Origin: Bacteroidales bacterium
Lineage (GTDB): Bacteria > Bacteroidota > Bacteroidia > Bacteroidales > WCHB1-69
Length of the DNA: 64,000 nt
NCBI GenBank assembly: GCA_024685175.1
Contig: JAIKWD010000016.1
Location: 119,757-183,756, forward strand
Reading direction: 5' to 3'
The notes under the pieces are model-generated. The model saw only the letters and a list, made by a program, of their open reading frames with translations. It was not told where the DNA came from and did no database searches. Positions 29,086-39,488 of the stretch are shown here, in pieces (position 1 is the stretch's first letter; each line of letters opens with the position of its first letter). A program made the translations under genes and the position numbers.

Positions 29086-29300
29086 ATTGTAAAAGAAATT
29101 ACGACAAATATTATATTTTTAAGTTTAAAATATATATTTTTTCTTATCACCCTTTTTCATCTGGTACTATTGAAAAACAGAGAGTATAATAAACTAATGA
29201 TTCCAGAAACAATCTAAAACCACGATATTTACTTCCAGTGCTTCACCTTCACTTCTCTCTGCTATCTGCCATCAACTATCTGTGAATTGCTTTTTTTATG

Positions 29301-29308
29301 TATTTTTG
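29301..29308 (+). promoter_or_regulatory. -7 box TATTTTTG for the inhibitor-glycosyltransferase pair
   Basis: Matches TAnnTTTG, 22 nt upstream of the ATG at 29331. Confidence 0.55.
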
Positions 29309-29330
29309 CCACAATTAAAATAACAACAGC

Positions 29331-29708
29331 ATGAAAAAATTAATGTATGTCTGCATAATTATGTGTCTCATGGGGAGTTGTCAATCCCAAAAGAAATTGG
29401 TTTCCGTTGATCGTGAGACTAATGAAGTGGATCTCAAAGTTGGTCAATCTTGTGAGATTGCGTTTTCCACTAATGCTTCTACTGGTTTTTGGTGGCAGTG
29501 GATCAATTCTGACGAGGTGACCATAGTCGACTCTGTAGGCAATCGTTACCATAGTAATGCGCCTCAGGGTATGGTTGGTGCATCCTCTATGCGTTATTGG
29601 AAATTCCAAGCCAAAGAAAAGGGCACGCAAACCCTTAAGTTTGTCTATGCCCGCCAAAACATTAAAGAGGCAGTCCGTACCCGTGAAGTTACCATCACGG
29701 TGAAATAA
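29331..29708 (+). CDS. chagasin-family (I42) cysteine-peptidase inhibitor lipoprotein
   Basis: 125 aa with lipobox LMGSC. NASTGFWWQW...APQGMVGASSMRYWKFQAKEKG matches the I42 loops (NxSTGY/F-W and GxxG). Confidence 0.7.
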   Translation: MKKLMYVCIIMCLMGSCQSQKKLVSVDRETNEVDLKVGQSCEIAFSTNASTGFWWQWINSDEVTIVDSVGNRYHSNAPQGMVGASSMRYWKFQAKEKGTQTLKFVYARQNIKEAVRTREVTITVK

Positions 29709-30916
29709 TGTCAAGTCATCACATCTACGTGGCCATACCGGCCATGGATGAGTTGCAGGATCTGCCGTTGACCCTGCAAGACCTTGCATCTCAAGAATGC
29801 GAGGAGGAAATTACGGTCTATGTTTGCGTAAACCAGCCCGATGATTATTGGCAACTTCCTGATAAACAATCCATTTGTTTTAACAACCAGCAACTATTGC
29901 ACGTGCTCCGCGCTTTTCGCGGCCTGTCGTTGCATATTTTGGATTATGCATCTCCTGGCAAAGGATGGAAGGGCAAGGATTTTGGTGTGGGTTGGGCCCG
30001 TAAAGTGATGTTTGACCAAATTTTGCAAGAAGCGACCCCCGACGACCTCATCGTCAGTCTGGATGCCGACACGCGCCTTCAACCACATTACCTGCAATCG
30101 TTAGCTGACAATTTCAGGCGCCATCCCGCCTGGCCGGCGTTGGCAGTCCCCTATTATCATCCGCTCAGCGGCGACGAGGTACGCGACCGCGCCATTCTTC
30201 GCTACGAGTTTTATATGCGCAACTATGCCATCAACTTGTTGCGCATTGACAGTCCGTATGCTTTTACCGCCATCGGCTCGGCCATTGTGATGCGAGCGGG
30301 TGCCCTGCGCAAGATCGGCGGCATTACCCCGTTGAAGAGCGGCGAGGATTTCTATTTGGTGCAGAAACTGCGCAAAATGGCTCCTATTGGCCTTTACAAT
30401 GCGGAGCCGGTCTATCCGGCCGCCCGTTATTCCGATAGAGTGGCTTTCGGCACGGGTCCGGCTATGAGCAAGGGTAGTCAAGGCGATTGGCAAAGTTACC
30501 CCATCTTTCATCATTCCCTTTTCGACCCGATTGCGGAAGCGTATGGCTTGATACCGGAACTCTTCACCCGCGATGTTTCGAATCCATTCCTCGATTTCTT
30601 GCAGGAATCGGCCAAGTCCATAGAGTCTTTATGGCAACCTATCCGACAGAATATCAAAGATTTGCCCCATTTTACACAAGCGTTTCACGAGAAGGCGGAC
30701 GGCTTGCGCATTCTACAATACTTGCGCCGGCAGCCGAAGCGTCGCGATGAGGATTGCCTGTTCGTGAATTTGCAAGCGTGGATTCCAGACCAAATGCCCG
30801 AATGGTGGCATCCGGAAATGGATTTTGGTGATTTTGATGTAGAAAAATTGGATTTTATCCGTAATTTGCTGTTTAAATATGAAATAGAGCTGAAAAAGAT
30901 TGAAGATTATAAATAA
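29708..30916 (+). CDS. GT-A fold (GT2-like) glycosyltransferase with a ~150-aa C-terminal helical extension
   Basis: 402 aa. N-terminal VAIPAMDE, DxD-like SLDAD and GEDFYL are present. The start overlaps the upstream stop codon (TAATG). Confidence 0.55.
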   Translation: MSSHHIYVAIPAMDELQDLPLTLQDLASQECEEEITVYVCVNQPDDYWQLPDKQSICFNNQQLLHVLRAFRGLSLHILDYASPGKGWKGKDFGVGWARKVMFDQILQEATPDDLIVSLDADTRLQPHYLQSLADNFRRHPAWPALAVPYYHPLSGDEVRDRAILRYEFYMRNYAINLLRIDSPYAFTAIGSAIVMRAGALRKIGGITPLKSGEDFYLVQKLRKMAPIGLYNAEPVYPAARYSDRVAFGTGPAMSKGSQGDWQSYPIFHHSLFDPIAEAYGLIPELFTRDVSNPFLDFLQESAKSIESLWQPIRQNIKDLPHFTQAFHEKADGLRILQYLRRQPKRRDEDCLFVNLQAWIPDQMPEWWHPEMDFGDFDVEKLDFIRNLLFKYEIELKKIEDYK

Positions 30917-30922
30917 TATTCT

Positions 30923-30930
30923 TATTTTTG
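30923..30930 (+). promoter_or_regulatory. -7 box TATTTTTG for gap
   Basis: Matches TAnnTTTG, 52 nt upstream of the ATG at 30983. Confidence 0.5.
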
Positions 30931-30976
30931 CAGTCCTAAATACAACGTATAATAAATTTAACAACTTATAAATTAA

Positions 30977-31993
<1,017 letters not shown>

Positions 31994-32004
31994 TAATCAA
32001 AACG

Positions 32005-32571
32005 ATGAAAAAAACCCTCCTTTCTGTCTTGATGGTTGCGGCCGTGCTTTTGGTCGGAAAACCAGCTTTTGCACAGGACAACAGTTCCGAGCAAGAACCC
32101 AAGGTTGCCTATAACTTCATCAATGAGTACGGTTTCTTTTTGGGCGGTTTCTTTATGGATGAGGCAATCGGATTCAACGGCGTTTTCATCAATGGTGTCC
32201 GAATCCAGAATGAAGTGGTCGGTATCGGTGTGGGCTATTCAACAGATGCCCTCAATGGTCAAAGCATTCCTTTGTTCCTGAACTACCGTCACTACTTCAA
32301 AACCGAAAAGACACTGAAACCGATGATCAACGTGGCGGTCGGTACCAATTACTATTTTTGGAAGACCCGCTTTTATACCTATACGGATCCTAATTCCTAT
32401 GATACGGAAACGCACTACGTAAACCATCACGGATTTGGGTTGTATGCCACGATGTCCTCCGGTTTCAAGGTGAAGGCCTTCTCCTTTTCGGCAGGTCTCT
32501 TCTTGAGAAGTATTCCCAGAGACAAATCACTTTGCGGAGGTCTGGACGTCAAGGTGGGTTACACTTTCTAA
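32005..32571 (+). CDS. hypothetical outer-membrane beta-barrel protein
   Basis: 188 aa with a signal peptide, alternating aromatic/Gly beta-strand pattern and a C-terminal ...VKVGYTF. It starts 11 nt after the gap stop codon. Confidence 0.45.
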   Translation: MKKTLLSVLMVAAVLLVGKPAFAQDNSSEQEPKVAYNFINEYGFFLGGFFMDEAIGFNGVFINGVRIQNEVVGIGVGYSTDALNGQSIPLFLNYRHYFKTEKTLKPMINVAVGTNYYFWKTRFYTYTDPNSYDTETHYVNHHGFGLYATMSSGFKVKAFSFSAGLFLRSIPRDKSLCGGLDVKVGYTF

Positions 32572-32596
32572 CGAAAGCATCGTATTGTGATATGGA

Positions 32597-32626
32597 AAGG
32601 GCGAGGTTTTACCTCGCCCTTTTTTG
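32597..32626. terminator. bidirectional rho-independent terminator
   Basis: aagggcgagg-tttta-cctcgccctt followed by a T-run, between convergent genes. Confidence 0.7.
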
Positions 32627-32692
32627 TTTTCTTTGCCCCATTCCGAAAGCGAGCGTAAGCGAAGCTGTCGGAATCTCCATCGTACTCCGGGC

Positions 32693-33478
32693 TTATTCGT
32701 CGTAGTCGAATTTCAAGTGCTTGACGGTAATGCCCTTGTTGATAAGTTGCTTCAGCGAGTCGATGCCGATCTTGAGATGCGTGATGCTGTAATTCCTGCT
32801 CACGATCTTGTCGGAGGCCTCCGTCTTGATGCCGTCGGGGAGCATAGGTTGGTCGGAAACAAGCAACAAGGCGCCCGTAGGGATGCGATTGTAGAATCCG
32901 ACGGAAAAGAGCGTGGCCGTTTCCATATCGACCGCCGTCGCCCGTATTTCGCGCAAATACTCCTTAAAATCTTCGTCGTGTTCCCACACGCGACGGTTGG
33001 TGGTATAGACCGTGCCGGTCCAATAGTCCAACCCGTAGTCGCGGATGGTGGTGGAGATGGCCTTCTCCATATTGAAGGCGGGCAGTGCCGGCACCTCCTC
33101 GGGAAAATAGTCCAAAGAAGTACCCTCGCCCCGTATGCCGGCAATGGGAAGCAGCAGTTCGCCAATACCAATATTGGCCTTCAGGCTGCCGCACTTGCCC
33201 AAGAAAAGGGCCGCTTTTGGATGGATGGCCGACAACAAGTCCATTATGGTGGCCGCATTGGCGCTACCCATCGTGAAGTTGATAATGGTTATATTGTCCT
33301 TTGTGGCACATTTCATCGGACGCCCCTCGCCCCGGACTTCCGCGCCCATCAACTCGGCGAAGTTGTTTACGTAGTCTTGAAAGTTGGTAAGCAATATATA
33401 TTCGCCAAACTCCTCCAACTGCATACCCGTATAACGGGGTAGCCAGTTGTGCACAATGTCTTCTTTGGTTTTCAACAT
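32693..33478 (-). CDS. amn: AMP nucleosidase (short catalytic-domain form)
   Basis: PNP/UDP-1 fold blocks FTMGSANAATIMD, GKCGSL and AVDMETATLF are present. The start was set at the ATG (MLKTKEDIV), which lies 17 nt downstream of a -7 box. Confidence 0.8.
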   Translation of the reverse strand: MLKTKEDIVHNWLPRYTGMQLEEFGEYILLTNFQDYVNNFAELMGAEVRGEGRPMKCATKDNITIINFTMGSANAATIMDLLSAIHPKAALFLGKCGSLKANIGIGELLLPIAGIRGEGTSLDYFPEEVPALPAFNMEKAISTTIRDYGLDYWTGTVYTTNRRVWEHDEDFKEYLREIRATAVDMETATLFSVGFYNRIPTGALLLVSDQPMLPDGIKTEASDKIVSRNYSITHLKIGIDSLKQLINKGITVKHLKFDYDE

Positions 33479-33495
33479 AAGCTTGATATTTTTTG

Positions 33496-33503
33496 CAAAG
33501 ATA
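33496..33503 (-). promoter_or_regulatory. -7 box TATCTTTG for amn
   Basis: Matches TAnnTTTG on the minus strand. It falls inside the longer ORF-track reading frame, which argues for the downstream start. Confidence 0.55.
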
Positions 33504-33567
33504 GGAAAAAAGCCGTTCAACGTCTTTAAAAACCAGAAAAGAAGCGCGATATTGTATCGGTAATGGC

Positions 33568-34578
33568 CTAGAAAGAGATCGGACTTTTCCCGAAACCGTT
33601 ATCCTCGGACGGCCCGCACGCTTCTCCTATCCGTTTCAACATTACGATATTAATCTTTCCTTGGTTGTTTTTCTTGTCTTGTTTCATAAAGCCGTTTATG
33701 CGGGCTTTGTCTTCTGCCGAAAGAACAGGTAAGGGGAAATGCTTGGAAACCAGCGATTCAATGCGGGATAAATCTTCTTTGGGGAGCATTCCCGCTTGGT
33801 TTGCCATACAGCTTTCGTATAGTATGCCGATGGCTACCGCTTCGCCGTGGGCGAGAGGTTGGCCCTTTTGCGCGAAGAGACTCTCCAGTGCGTGTCCTAC
33901 AGTGTGCCCGAAGTTGAGAACTCGCCGCTCGCGACGGTCGTCCGGATCGATTTCCACGATACGGTTCTTGAAGTCGATGCAGTGTTGGATCCATTCAGGT
34001 TGAATGGCTTCGGCGGTCAGCGTGTCCATAGTGTAAAGTTCCTCAAACAGCGGTTTGGAAGAAATCAGAGCGTACTTGATGAGTTCGCCGAAGCCGCTCC
34101 GGAGTTCCCTCTCGGGCAGCGTCCTCAAAAATTGAGTGTTGGCGGGCATGACAAAGGCGGGCTGCCGCACCACGCCCACACAGTTCTTGACCCCGTCGAG
34201 GTCGATGGCCGTTTTGCCACCATGCGCGGCGTCAATCATAGCCAAAAGTGTGGTGGGATAGTTGATGCAGGCGATGCCGCGCTTGTACGTGGCAGCCACA
34301 AAACCGCCCAAGTCGCACACCATCCCGCCGCCGAAATTGAGCACGGCACAATCCTTGTCCATCTGCCATTGCAACATTTGTTGCCAGATTCGAGAGGCTT
34401 GCGCTATCGACTTGGAACCCTCGCCGGCAGGAATGATGATTTTCTCGCACGGGATGTTTGTCTCCAGTGTGTACAGATGATGAGGGTAGAGTTTGTCAAC
34501 TTGCTCGTCAACCAAAACCAAAACCCGTCCGATGCCGAGTTCTTTTATTTTTTTTTGAAGAAGATCGAGGTCGGACAT
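33568..34578 (-). CDS. aroB: 3-dehydroquinate synthase
   Basis: GEGSKS, FGGGMVCDLGGFVAATYKRG and the metal-ligand block NFGHTVGHALE are present. The start was set at MSDLDLL to avoid overlapping typA. Confidence 0.85.
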   Translation of the reverse strand: MSDLDLLQKKIKELGIGRVLVLVDEQVDKLYPHHLYTLETNIPCEKIIIPAGEGSKSIAQASRIWQQMLQWQMDKDCAVLNFGGGMVCDLGGFVAATYKRGIACINYPTTLLAMIDAAHGGKTAIDLDGVKNCVGVVRQPAFVMPANTQFLRTLPERELRSGFGELIKYALISSKPLFEELYTMDTLTAEAIQPEWIQHCIDFKNRIVEIDPDDRRERRVLNFGHTVGHALESLFAQKGQPLAHGEAVAIGILYESCMANQAGMLPKEDLSRIESLVSKHFPLPVLSAEDKARINGFMKQDKKNNQGKINIVMLKRIGEACGPSEDNGFGKSPISF

Positions 34579-34588
34579 GGCGGATGAT

Positions 34589-36406
34589 TTATTCGGCGGA
34601 GTCGGTACGTTTCTCCGCACGTTTGCGTTCCAGTTCGTCCAAGATTATCTTGCGGAGTCTCAATGATTTGGGTGTTATCTCCAAATACTCGTCTTTGGCG
34701 ATGAACTCCATATATTGTTCCAGGGAGTATTTGACCGCCGGAGCGAGCACCAACTTCTCGTCGGAACCGGCAGCCCGCATATTGGACAGTTTCTTGGACT
34801 TGCAGACATTGATGACGAGGTCTCCTTGGCGGATGTGCTCGCCGATGACCTGGCCGGCGTAGACTTGGTCACCGGGCTCGATGAAGAAGGTACCGCGGTC
34901 TTGGAGTTTGTTGAGGGAATAGGCGTAGGCCTGTCCCGTTTCCATAGCGATGAGCGAACCGACGTGACGGCCGGGGATGTCGCCTTTCCAAGGTTGGAAT
35001 TCGAGGAAGCGGTGTGATACGATGGCCTCGCCTTCTGTGGCGGTGAGCAACTGGTTGCTCAAGCCGATCAAGCCACGGGACGGGATGGTAAACATAAGGT
35101 GTACGCGGTCGTTGAGCGTATCCATAGACTGCATCTCGCCTTTTCTGCGAGAGACGTAGTCGATGACGCGACTGGACATCTCTTCCGGAACCAATACGGT
35201 GAGTTCCTCGATAGGTTCGCATTTTTGTCCATCGATTTCTTTGATAATAACCTGTGGCTGACCCACTTGCAGTTCATATCCCTCGCGGCGCATCGTCTCT
35301 ATGAGGATGGAAAGGTGCAGGATGCCGCGGCCAAACACGTTCATACGGTCGGGCGAGTCGGTCTCCTCGATGCGCATAGCCAGGTTGCGCTCCAACTCGG
35401 CGAACAGGCGGTCGCGCAAGTGGCGGGATGTTACATATTTGCCCTCCTTGCCAAAGAAAGGAGAGTTGTTGATGGTGAACAACATGCTCATCGTAGGTTC
35501 GTCCACCTTGATGGGCTGCAGTTGTTCGGGTTCCTCGAAATCGGCTACGGTGTCGCCAATCTCAAAGTCGTCAAGGCCGAGTACGGCGCAAATCTCACCA
35601 GCTTCCACCGGCGTCTTGATTTTCTCTTTACCCAAGCCCTCGAAGACGTAAAGTTCTTTGACCTTGGATTTCACGATGGTGCCGTCCCGCTTCACGAGCG
35701 ATACGTTTTGTCCCCAAGAGATGGAACCACGGCTTACGCGACCCACGGCAATACGACCGACATAGGAGGAGAAGTCAAGGGAAGAAATCATCATTTGGAG
35801 GTTGCCGGGCTCGGATTTGTGGGCGGGAATATATTTCACGATGGTGTCCAACAGATACGAGATGTCGTTGGTGGGCGTTTTCCAGTCGGGGCCCATCCAG
35901 CCCTGTTTGGCGGAACCATAGACGGTCGGGAAATCGAGTTGCTCATCGGAGGCGCCCAGATTGAACATCAGTTCAAAGACGGCCTCTTGTGCGAGGTCAG
36001 GTTGGCAGTTGGGTTTGTCCACCTTGTTGATGACCACGATGGGTTTGAGGCCCAGTTCGATGGCTTTTTGGGTGACGAAACGGGTCTGCGGCATCGGGCC
36101 TTCGAAGGCGTCCACCACGAGCAGCACGCCGTCGGCCATATTGAGCACGCGCTCTACCTCGCCACCGAAATCGCTGTGCCCCGGAGTGTCTATCACGTTG
36201 ATTTTAACACCCTTATAGCGAACGGAAACGTTCTTGGAAAGGATGGTGATACCCCTTTCGCGTTCCAGGTCGTTGTTGTCAAGCACCAAATCCTGTACTT
36301 GTTGATTTTCCCGAAACAGATGTGATTGGTATAAAATACGATCCACGAGCGTGGTTTTGCCGTGGTCGACGTGTGCGATAATCGCTATGTTTCTAATTTC
36401 CTGCAT
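34589..36406 (-). CDS. typA: translational GTPase TypA/BipA
   Basis: [25 protein letters not shown] and NKVD are present and the protein is of full TypA length. The start was set at MQEIRN, downstream of the -7 box. Confidence 0.95.
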   Translation of the reverse strand: MQEIRNIAIIAHVDHGKTTLVDRILYQSHLFRENQQVQDLVLDNNDLERERGITILSKNVSVRYKGVKINVIDTPGHSDFGGEVERVLNMADGVLLVVDAFEGPMPQTRFVTQKAIELGLKPIVVINKVDKPNCQPDLAQEAVFELMFNLGASDEQLDFPTVYGSAKQGWMGPDWKTPTNDISYLLDTIVKYIPAHKSEPGNLQMMISSLDFSSYVGRIAVGRVSRGSISWGQNVSLVKRDGTIVKSKVKELYVFEGLGKEKIKTPVEAGEICAVLGLDDFEIGDTVADFEEPEQLQPIKVDEPTMSMLFTINNSPFFGKEGKYVTSRHLRDRLFAELERNLAMRIEETDSPDRMNVFGRGILHLSILIETMRREGYELQVGQPQVIIKEIDGQKCEPIEELTVLVPEEMSSRVIDYVSRRKGEMQSMDTLNDRVHLMFTIPSRGLIGLSNQLLTATEGEAIVSHRFLEFQPWKGDIPGRHVGSLIAMETGQAYAYSLNKLQDRGTFFIEPGDQVYAGQVIGEHIRQGDLVINVCKSKKLSNMRAAGSDEKLVLAPAVKYSLEQYMEFIAKDEYLEITPKSLRLRKIILDELERKRAEKRTDSAE

Positions 36407-36430
36407 CTTATATTTAAAATTTTCAGGTTG

Positions 36431-36438
36431 CAAAAATA
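36431..36438 (-). promoter_or_regulatory. -7 box TATTTTTG for typA
   Basis: Matches TAnnTTTG on the minus strand, 24 nt upstream of the ATG at 36406. Confidence 0.55.
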
Positions 36439-36501
36439 AAAAAAATAGTAAAAGGTTAATATAAGAGATAATAGGTTTACAAAGAACGATGTCTTTTTTT
36501 A

Positions 36502-36509
36502 TACTTTTG
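36502..36509 (+). promoter_or_regulatory. -7 box TACTTTTG for the M16 peptidase gene
   Basis: Matches TAnnTTTG, 22 nt upstream of the ATG at 36532. Confidence 0.55.
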
Positions 36510-36531
36510 CATCTTCTTAAAAAAAACCTAT

Positions 36532-39441
36532 ATGAAGAAACTATCCCTTATTCTTATTTGTATTGGAATTGCTACAATAGTATCTGCTCAAAAGATAATG
36601 AGCAATCCGATTATTACGATGACTTTGTCCAATGGTATGAACGTAGTACTTTGTGAAGACCATGGTCAACCACGTATTTACGGTGCAGTATGCGTGCATG
36701 CAGGTGGAAAAAACGATCCCGCCGACAATACCGGCATGGCTCACTATTTAGAGCATATTATGTTCAAGGGAACAGATCGTTTGGGCACTTTGGACTGGGA
36801 ACAAGAGAAACCGATTCTAGACGAGATTTCCCAGCTATATGACAATTTGCATGAAACATCAGATAAACAACAACGTGAAGATATCCTTGATAAGATAAGC
36901 ACATTAAGTAACGATGCTACGCAATATGCCATACCCAATGAAGTGGATGTGGTATTAAGCAAGATGGGTGGTCAAGGGGTTAATGCGTTTACCTCCAATG
37001 ATGTGACCGTTTATCATAATTCTTTTCCATCCAATCAATTATCAAAATGGTTGAAAGTATACACAGAACGGTTTCGTTATCCTGTTTTTCGTTTGTTCCA
37101 AACAGAGTTGGAGGCGGTATACGAGGAATATAATATGTACCAAGATCAACAAATCAGTGTGTTCATGGAAGATGCTCTTGCCCAAGCTTATGGCGAACAC
37201 CCATACGGTCGTCCGGTTATTGGTTATCAAAAGCATCTGAAAAATCCACAAATTTCTGCCATGCAGAAGTTTTTCAACACCTATTATCATCCGTGCAATA
37301 TGACTTTGGTGTTAGTGGGTGATTTTAACAGTATGGATATTAAGCCATTATTGGAGTCCACCATAGGTAGTTACCACAATGAAGCAGAAGGTGTGGATCC
37401 TAAATGGGCCAATTCCACCAAGAGAATGAACACAGATTTGAGAATTCCAGTGAAACCATTCCAAGGTCAACAGATAGTTCAAGTGAAAGAGACTCCAGTT
37501 AAAATGGGTGTCATTGGCTATCAAACCATTGGCTCACACGACAAAAACGAGTTTTATTTGAATGTATTAAGCAGTTTTCTGAATAATGAGGAGGAAACGG
37601 GGTTGTTGGACAAGTTGACCAAAGACAACAAGCTTTTAGGCGCTTCTGCTATTAACTATAGTATGTTGGAACATGGCATGTTTGGTATTTTCTATGTTCC
37701 AAAGATTATCGGTCAATCCCACGCAGAAGCCGAAGCGTATATTTTTGCCGCACTTGATTCCTTGCGAAAAGGAAACTTTAGCGATGATCTGTATGAAGCT
37801 GTCAAGATGAGTTACCTAAAGGACTTCTTGCAGGAAATGGAGACCCTTGACGATAAATTTAATGTGGTGTTGGGCATGGTCATCAGTAAATTAACACCAA
37901 AAGATATTAGTGATCGAGAAAACCTAATTCGGAATATGACCAAGGCGGATATCGTGAATCTTGCCAATCAAGTGTTCAGTGAGAATTACATGATCTTTCG
38001 TTCAGATATGGGTTCCAAAGAACAAGAAAAATTACAAAAGCCAAAATGGAAAACACTTGTGGCAAGAAATACGGAAAGCAGTTCTGATTTTGCAAAAGAA
38101 TTGGAAACGGAGCCCGTTTCACCAATATTACCCCAAACGCTTTCATTCACGGAAAGCGTTAATGAGAATGAGATTGTACCCAATTTCAAATTCTATGGCT
38201 CGCCAAACCCATATAACGACTATTTTAGCATGGTGATCTCGTACAACTACGGACAACTGGACAATCGATTGTTAAGTACTGCCGTGGATTATATTAATCA
38301 GCAAGGGACCCGAAACATGAGCTATGATGAATTTCAGATGGCTTTGCAAAAACTGGGAGCTACGATGTCGTTGTCTTCCACTGACAATAAACTTTATGTT
38401 TCCATTACCGGATTTGACAAAGATATTGCCGAAATCGTTAAGCTCTGTCACAATAAAATATTTTTCCCTGGTAATGATGAAAGTGTTTTGAAAAAACTCA
38501 TTGACGACAAGGTTGGCGGTGACAAAATGACTAAGAATGATGCTTCTACCTGGGGACGTGCTTTGTACTATTATGCGTTATATGGTAAAGATTCTCCTTA
38601 TCTCACTCGTGTTACGACCAAAGAACTGAAAAAGATGACAGGAATGCAATTAATTGATGCATTCTGCATGGCCATGAAATACGATGGTTCTATTACCTAT
38701 GTGGGTAATGCGGACAACGATAAGTTGATTCAATTGTTACGAGAGACTATGGTGGTGCCGGATCCTGCACCAGGAAAGAATCAAGTAAGGCAGCCATTAC
38801 AAACAGAGCCCATTATTTATTTGGCCTCCAACAAGAAATTCGTGCAGAGTAACATTTATTTTCTTAAGACCGGTGTGATGCTTTTCGAGCCTAAACAGCG
38901 AGAGGACTGTCGACTTTACAACGAATATATGGGCGGCAGTATGGCAGGGGTTGTGTTCCAGGAGATCAGAGAGTTGAGATCTTTAGGTTATTCTGCCTAT
39001 GCTCGATACGACTATGACTACCTGAACCGTCGTCCAGGCTTTCTTATGGGTTTCTTGGGTACACAAACCGACAAAACTGTTGAAGGATGTCAGGCCATGA
39101 GTGAATTGCTGACGAAGTTTCCGTCAAAGCCCGAAAAATTCGAAATGGCGAAAACCTCGTGTCTGCGTTCTTTGGAGGCCGACTATGTCCAGCCACGAAA
39201 TATTCCTGCACAAATTAGAACGTGGCAGGAACAAGGTTTTGATAAAGACCCACGAGTGGAAAGAATCAAAATCTTGCAAGAAAAGAAACTAAAGGATATT
39301 GAAAACTTCTACAATAACAGTGTAGGCAATGCTCCGTTGGTTATCACTATTGCAGGAGACAAGAGCAGGATCAATCTTAAGGAATTGTCCGGCAACTATA
39401 AAATTAAAGAGTTGAAATACAAAGATTTTATCAAGGAATAA
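36532..39441 (+). CDS. M16 (insulinase/pitrilysin) family zinc peptidase, fused active plus inactive halves
   Basis: 969 aa with a signal peptide and the inverted zinc motif HYLEHIMFKG (HxxEH) with a downstream Glu (ELEAVYEE). Confidence 0.8.
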   Translation: MKKLSLILICIGIATIVSAQKIMSNPIITMTLSNGMNVVLCEDHGQPRIYGAVCVHAGGKNDPADNTGMAHYLEHIMFKGTDRLGTLDWEQEKPILDEISQLYDNLHETSDKQQREDILDKISTLSNDATQYAIPNEVDVVLSKMGGQGVNAFTSNDVTVYHNSFPSNQLSKWLKVYTERFRYPVFRLFQTELEAVYEEYNMYQDQQISVFMEDALAQAYGEHPYGRPVIGYQKHLKNPQISAMQKFFNTYYHPCNMTLVLVGDFNSMDIKPLLESTIGSYHNEAEGVDPKWANSTKRMNTDLRIPVKPFQGQQIVQVKETPVKMGVIGYQTIGSHDKNEFYLNVLSSFLNNEEETGLLDKLTKDNKLLGASAINYSMLEHGMFGIFYVPKIIGQSHAEAEAYIFAALDSLRKGNFSDDLYEAVKMSYLKDFLQEMETLDDKFNVVLGMVISKLTPKDISDRENLIRNMTKADIVNLANQVFSENYMIFRSDMGSKEQEKLQKPKWKTLVARNTESSSDFAKELETEPVSPILPQTLSFTESVNENEIVPNFKFYGSPNPYNDYFSMVISYNYGQLDNRLLSTAVDYINQQGTRNMSYDEFQMALQKLGATMSLSSTDNKLYVSITGFDKDIAEIVKLCHNKIFFPGNDESVLKKLIDDKVGGDKMTKNDASTWGRALYYYALYGKDSPYLTRVTTKELKKMTGMQLIDAFCMAMKYDGSITYVGNADNDKLIQLLRETMVVPDPAPGKNQVRQPLQTEPIIYLASNKKFVQSNIYFLKTGVMLFEPKQREDCRLYNEYMGGSMAGVVFQEIRELRSLGYSAYARYDYDYLNRRPGFLMGFLGTQTDKTVEGCQAMSELLTKFPSKPEKFEMAKTSCLRSLEADYVQPRNIPAQIRTWQEQGFDKDPRVERIKILQEKKLKDIENFYNNSVGNAPLVITIAGDKSRINLKELSGNYKIKELKYKDFIKE

Positions 39442-39456
39442 AAAAGAACAATCCAT

Positions 39457-39488
39457 AAAAAAAGCTGTCATTACGACAGCTTTTTTTT
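39457..39488. terminator. bidirectional terminator between the M16 peptidase gene and mreB
   Basis: A-run, gctgtc-attac-gacagc, then a T-run. Confidence 0.65.

Noticed and set aside
29235-29292. Word-like low-complexity stretches in spacers (for example CTTCACCTTCACTTCTCTCTGCTATCTGCCATCAACTATCTG; also 18262-18300, 49232-49259 and 57765-57815)
   Set aside because: They share short words (ACTGAC, ATCTGC, CTAATC) but do not align with each other over more than about 8 nt. I could not show a common element, so they are treated as compositional noise unless a genome-wide search says otherwise.
32624-34587. 272-aa and 246-aa ORFs antisense to amn and aroB
   Set aside because: Both are opposite clearly identified enzymes. 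Their composition is typical of antisense frames, and they have no independent signals.
35099-36325. 408-aa ORF antisense to typA
   Set aside because: TypA GTPase motifs are present in the sense frame. The antisense ORF is a codon-bias artefact.
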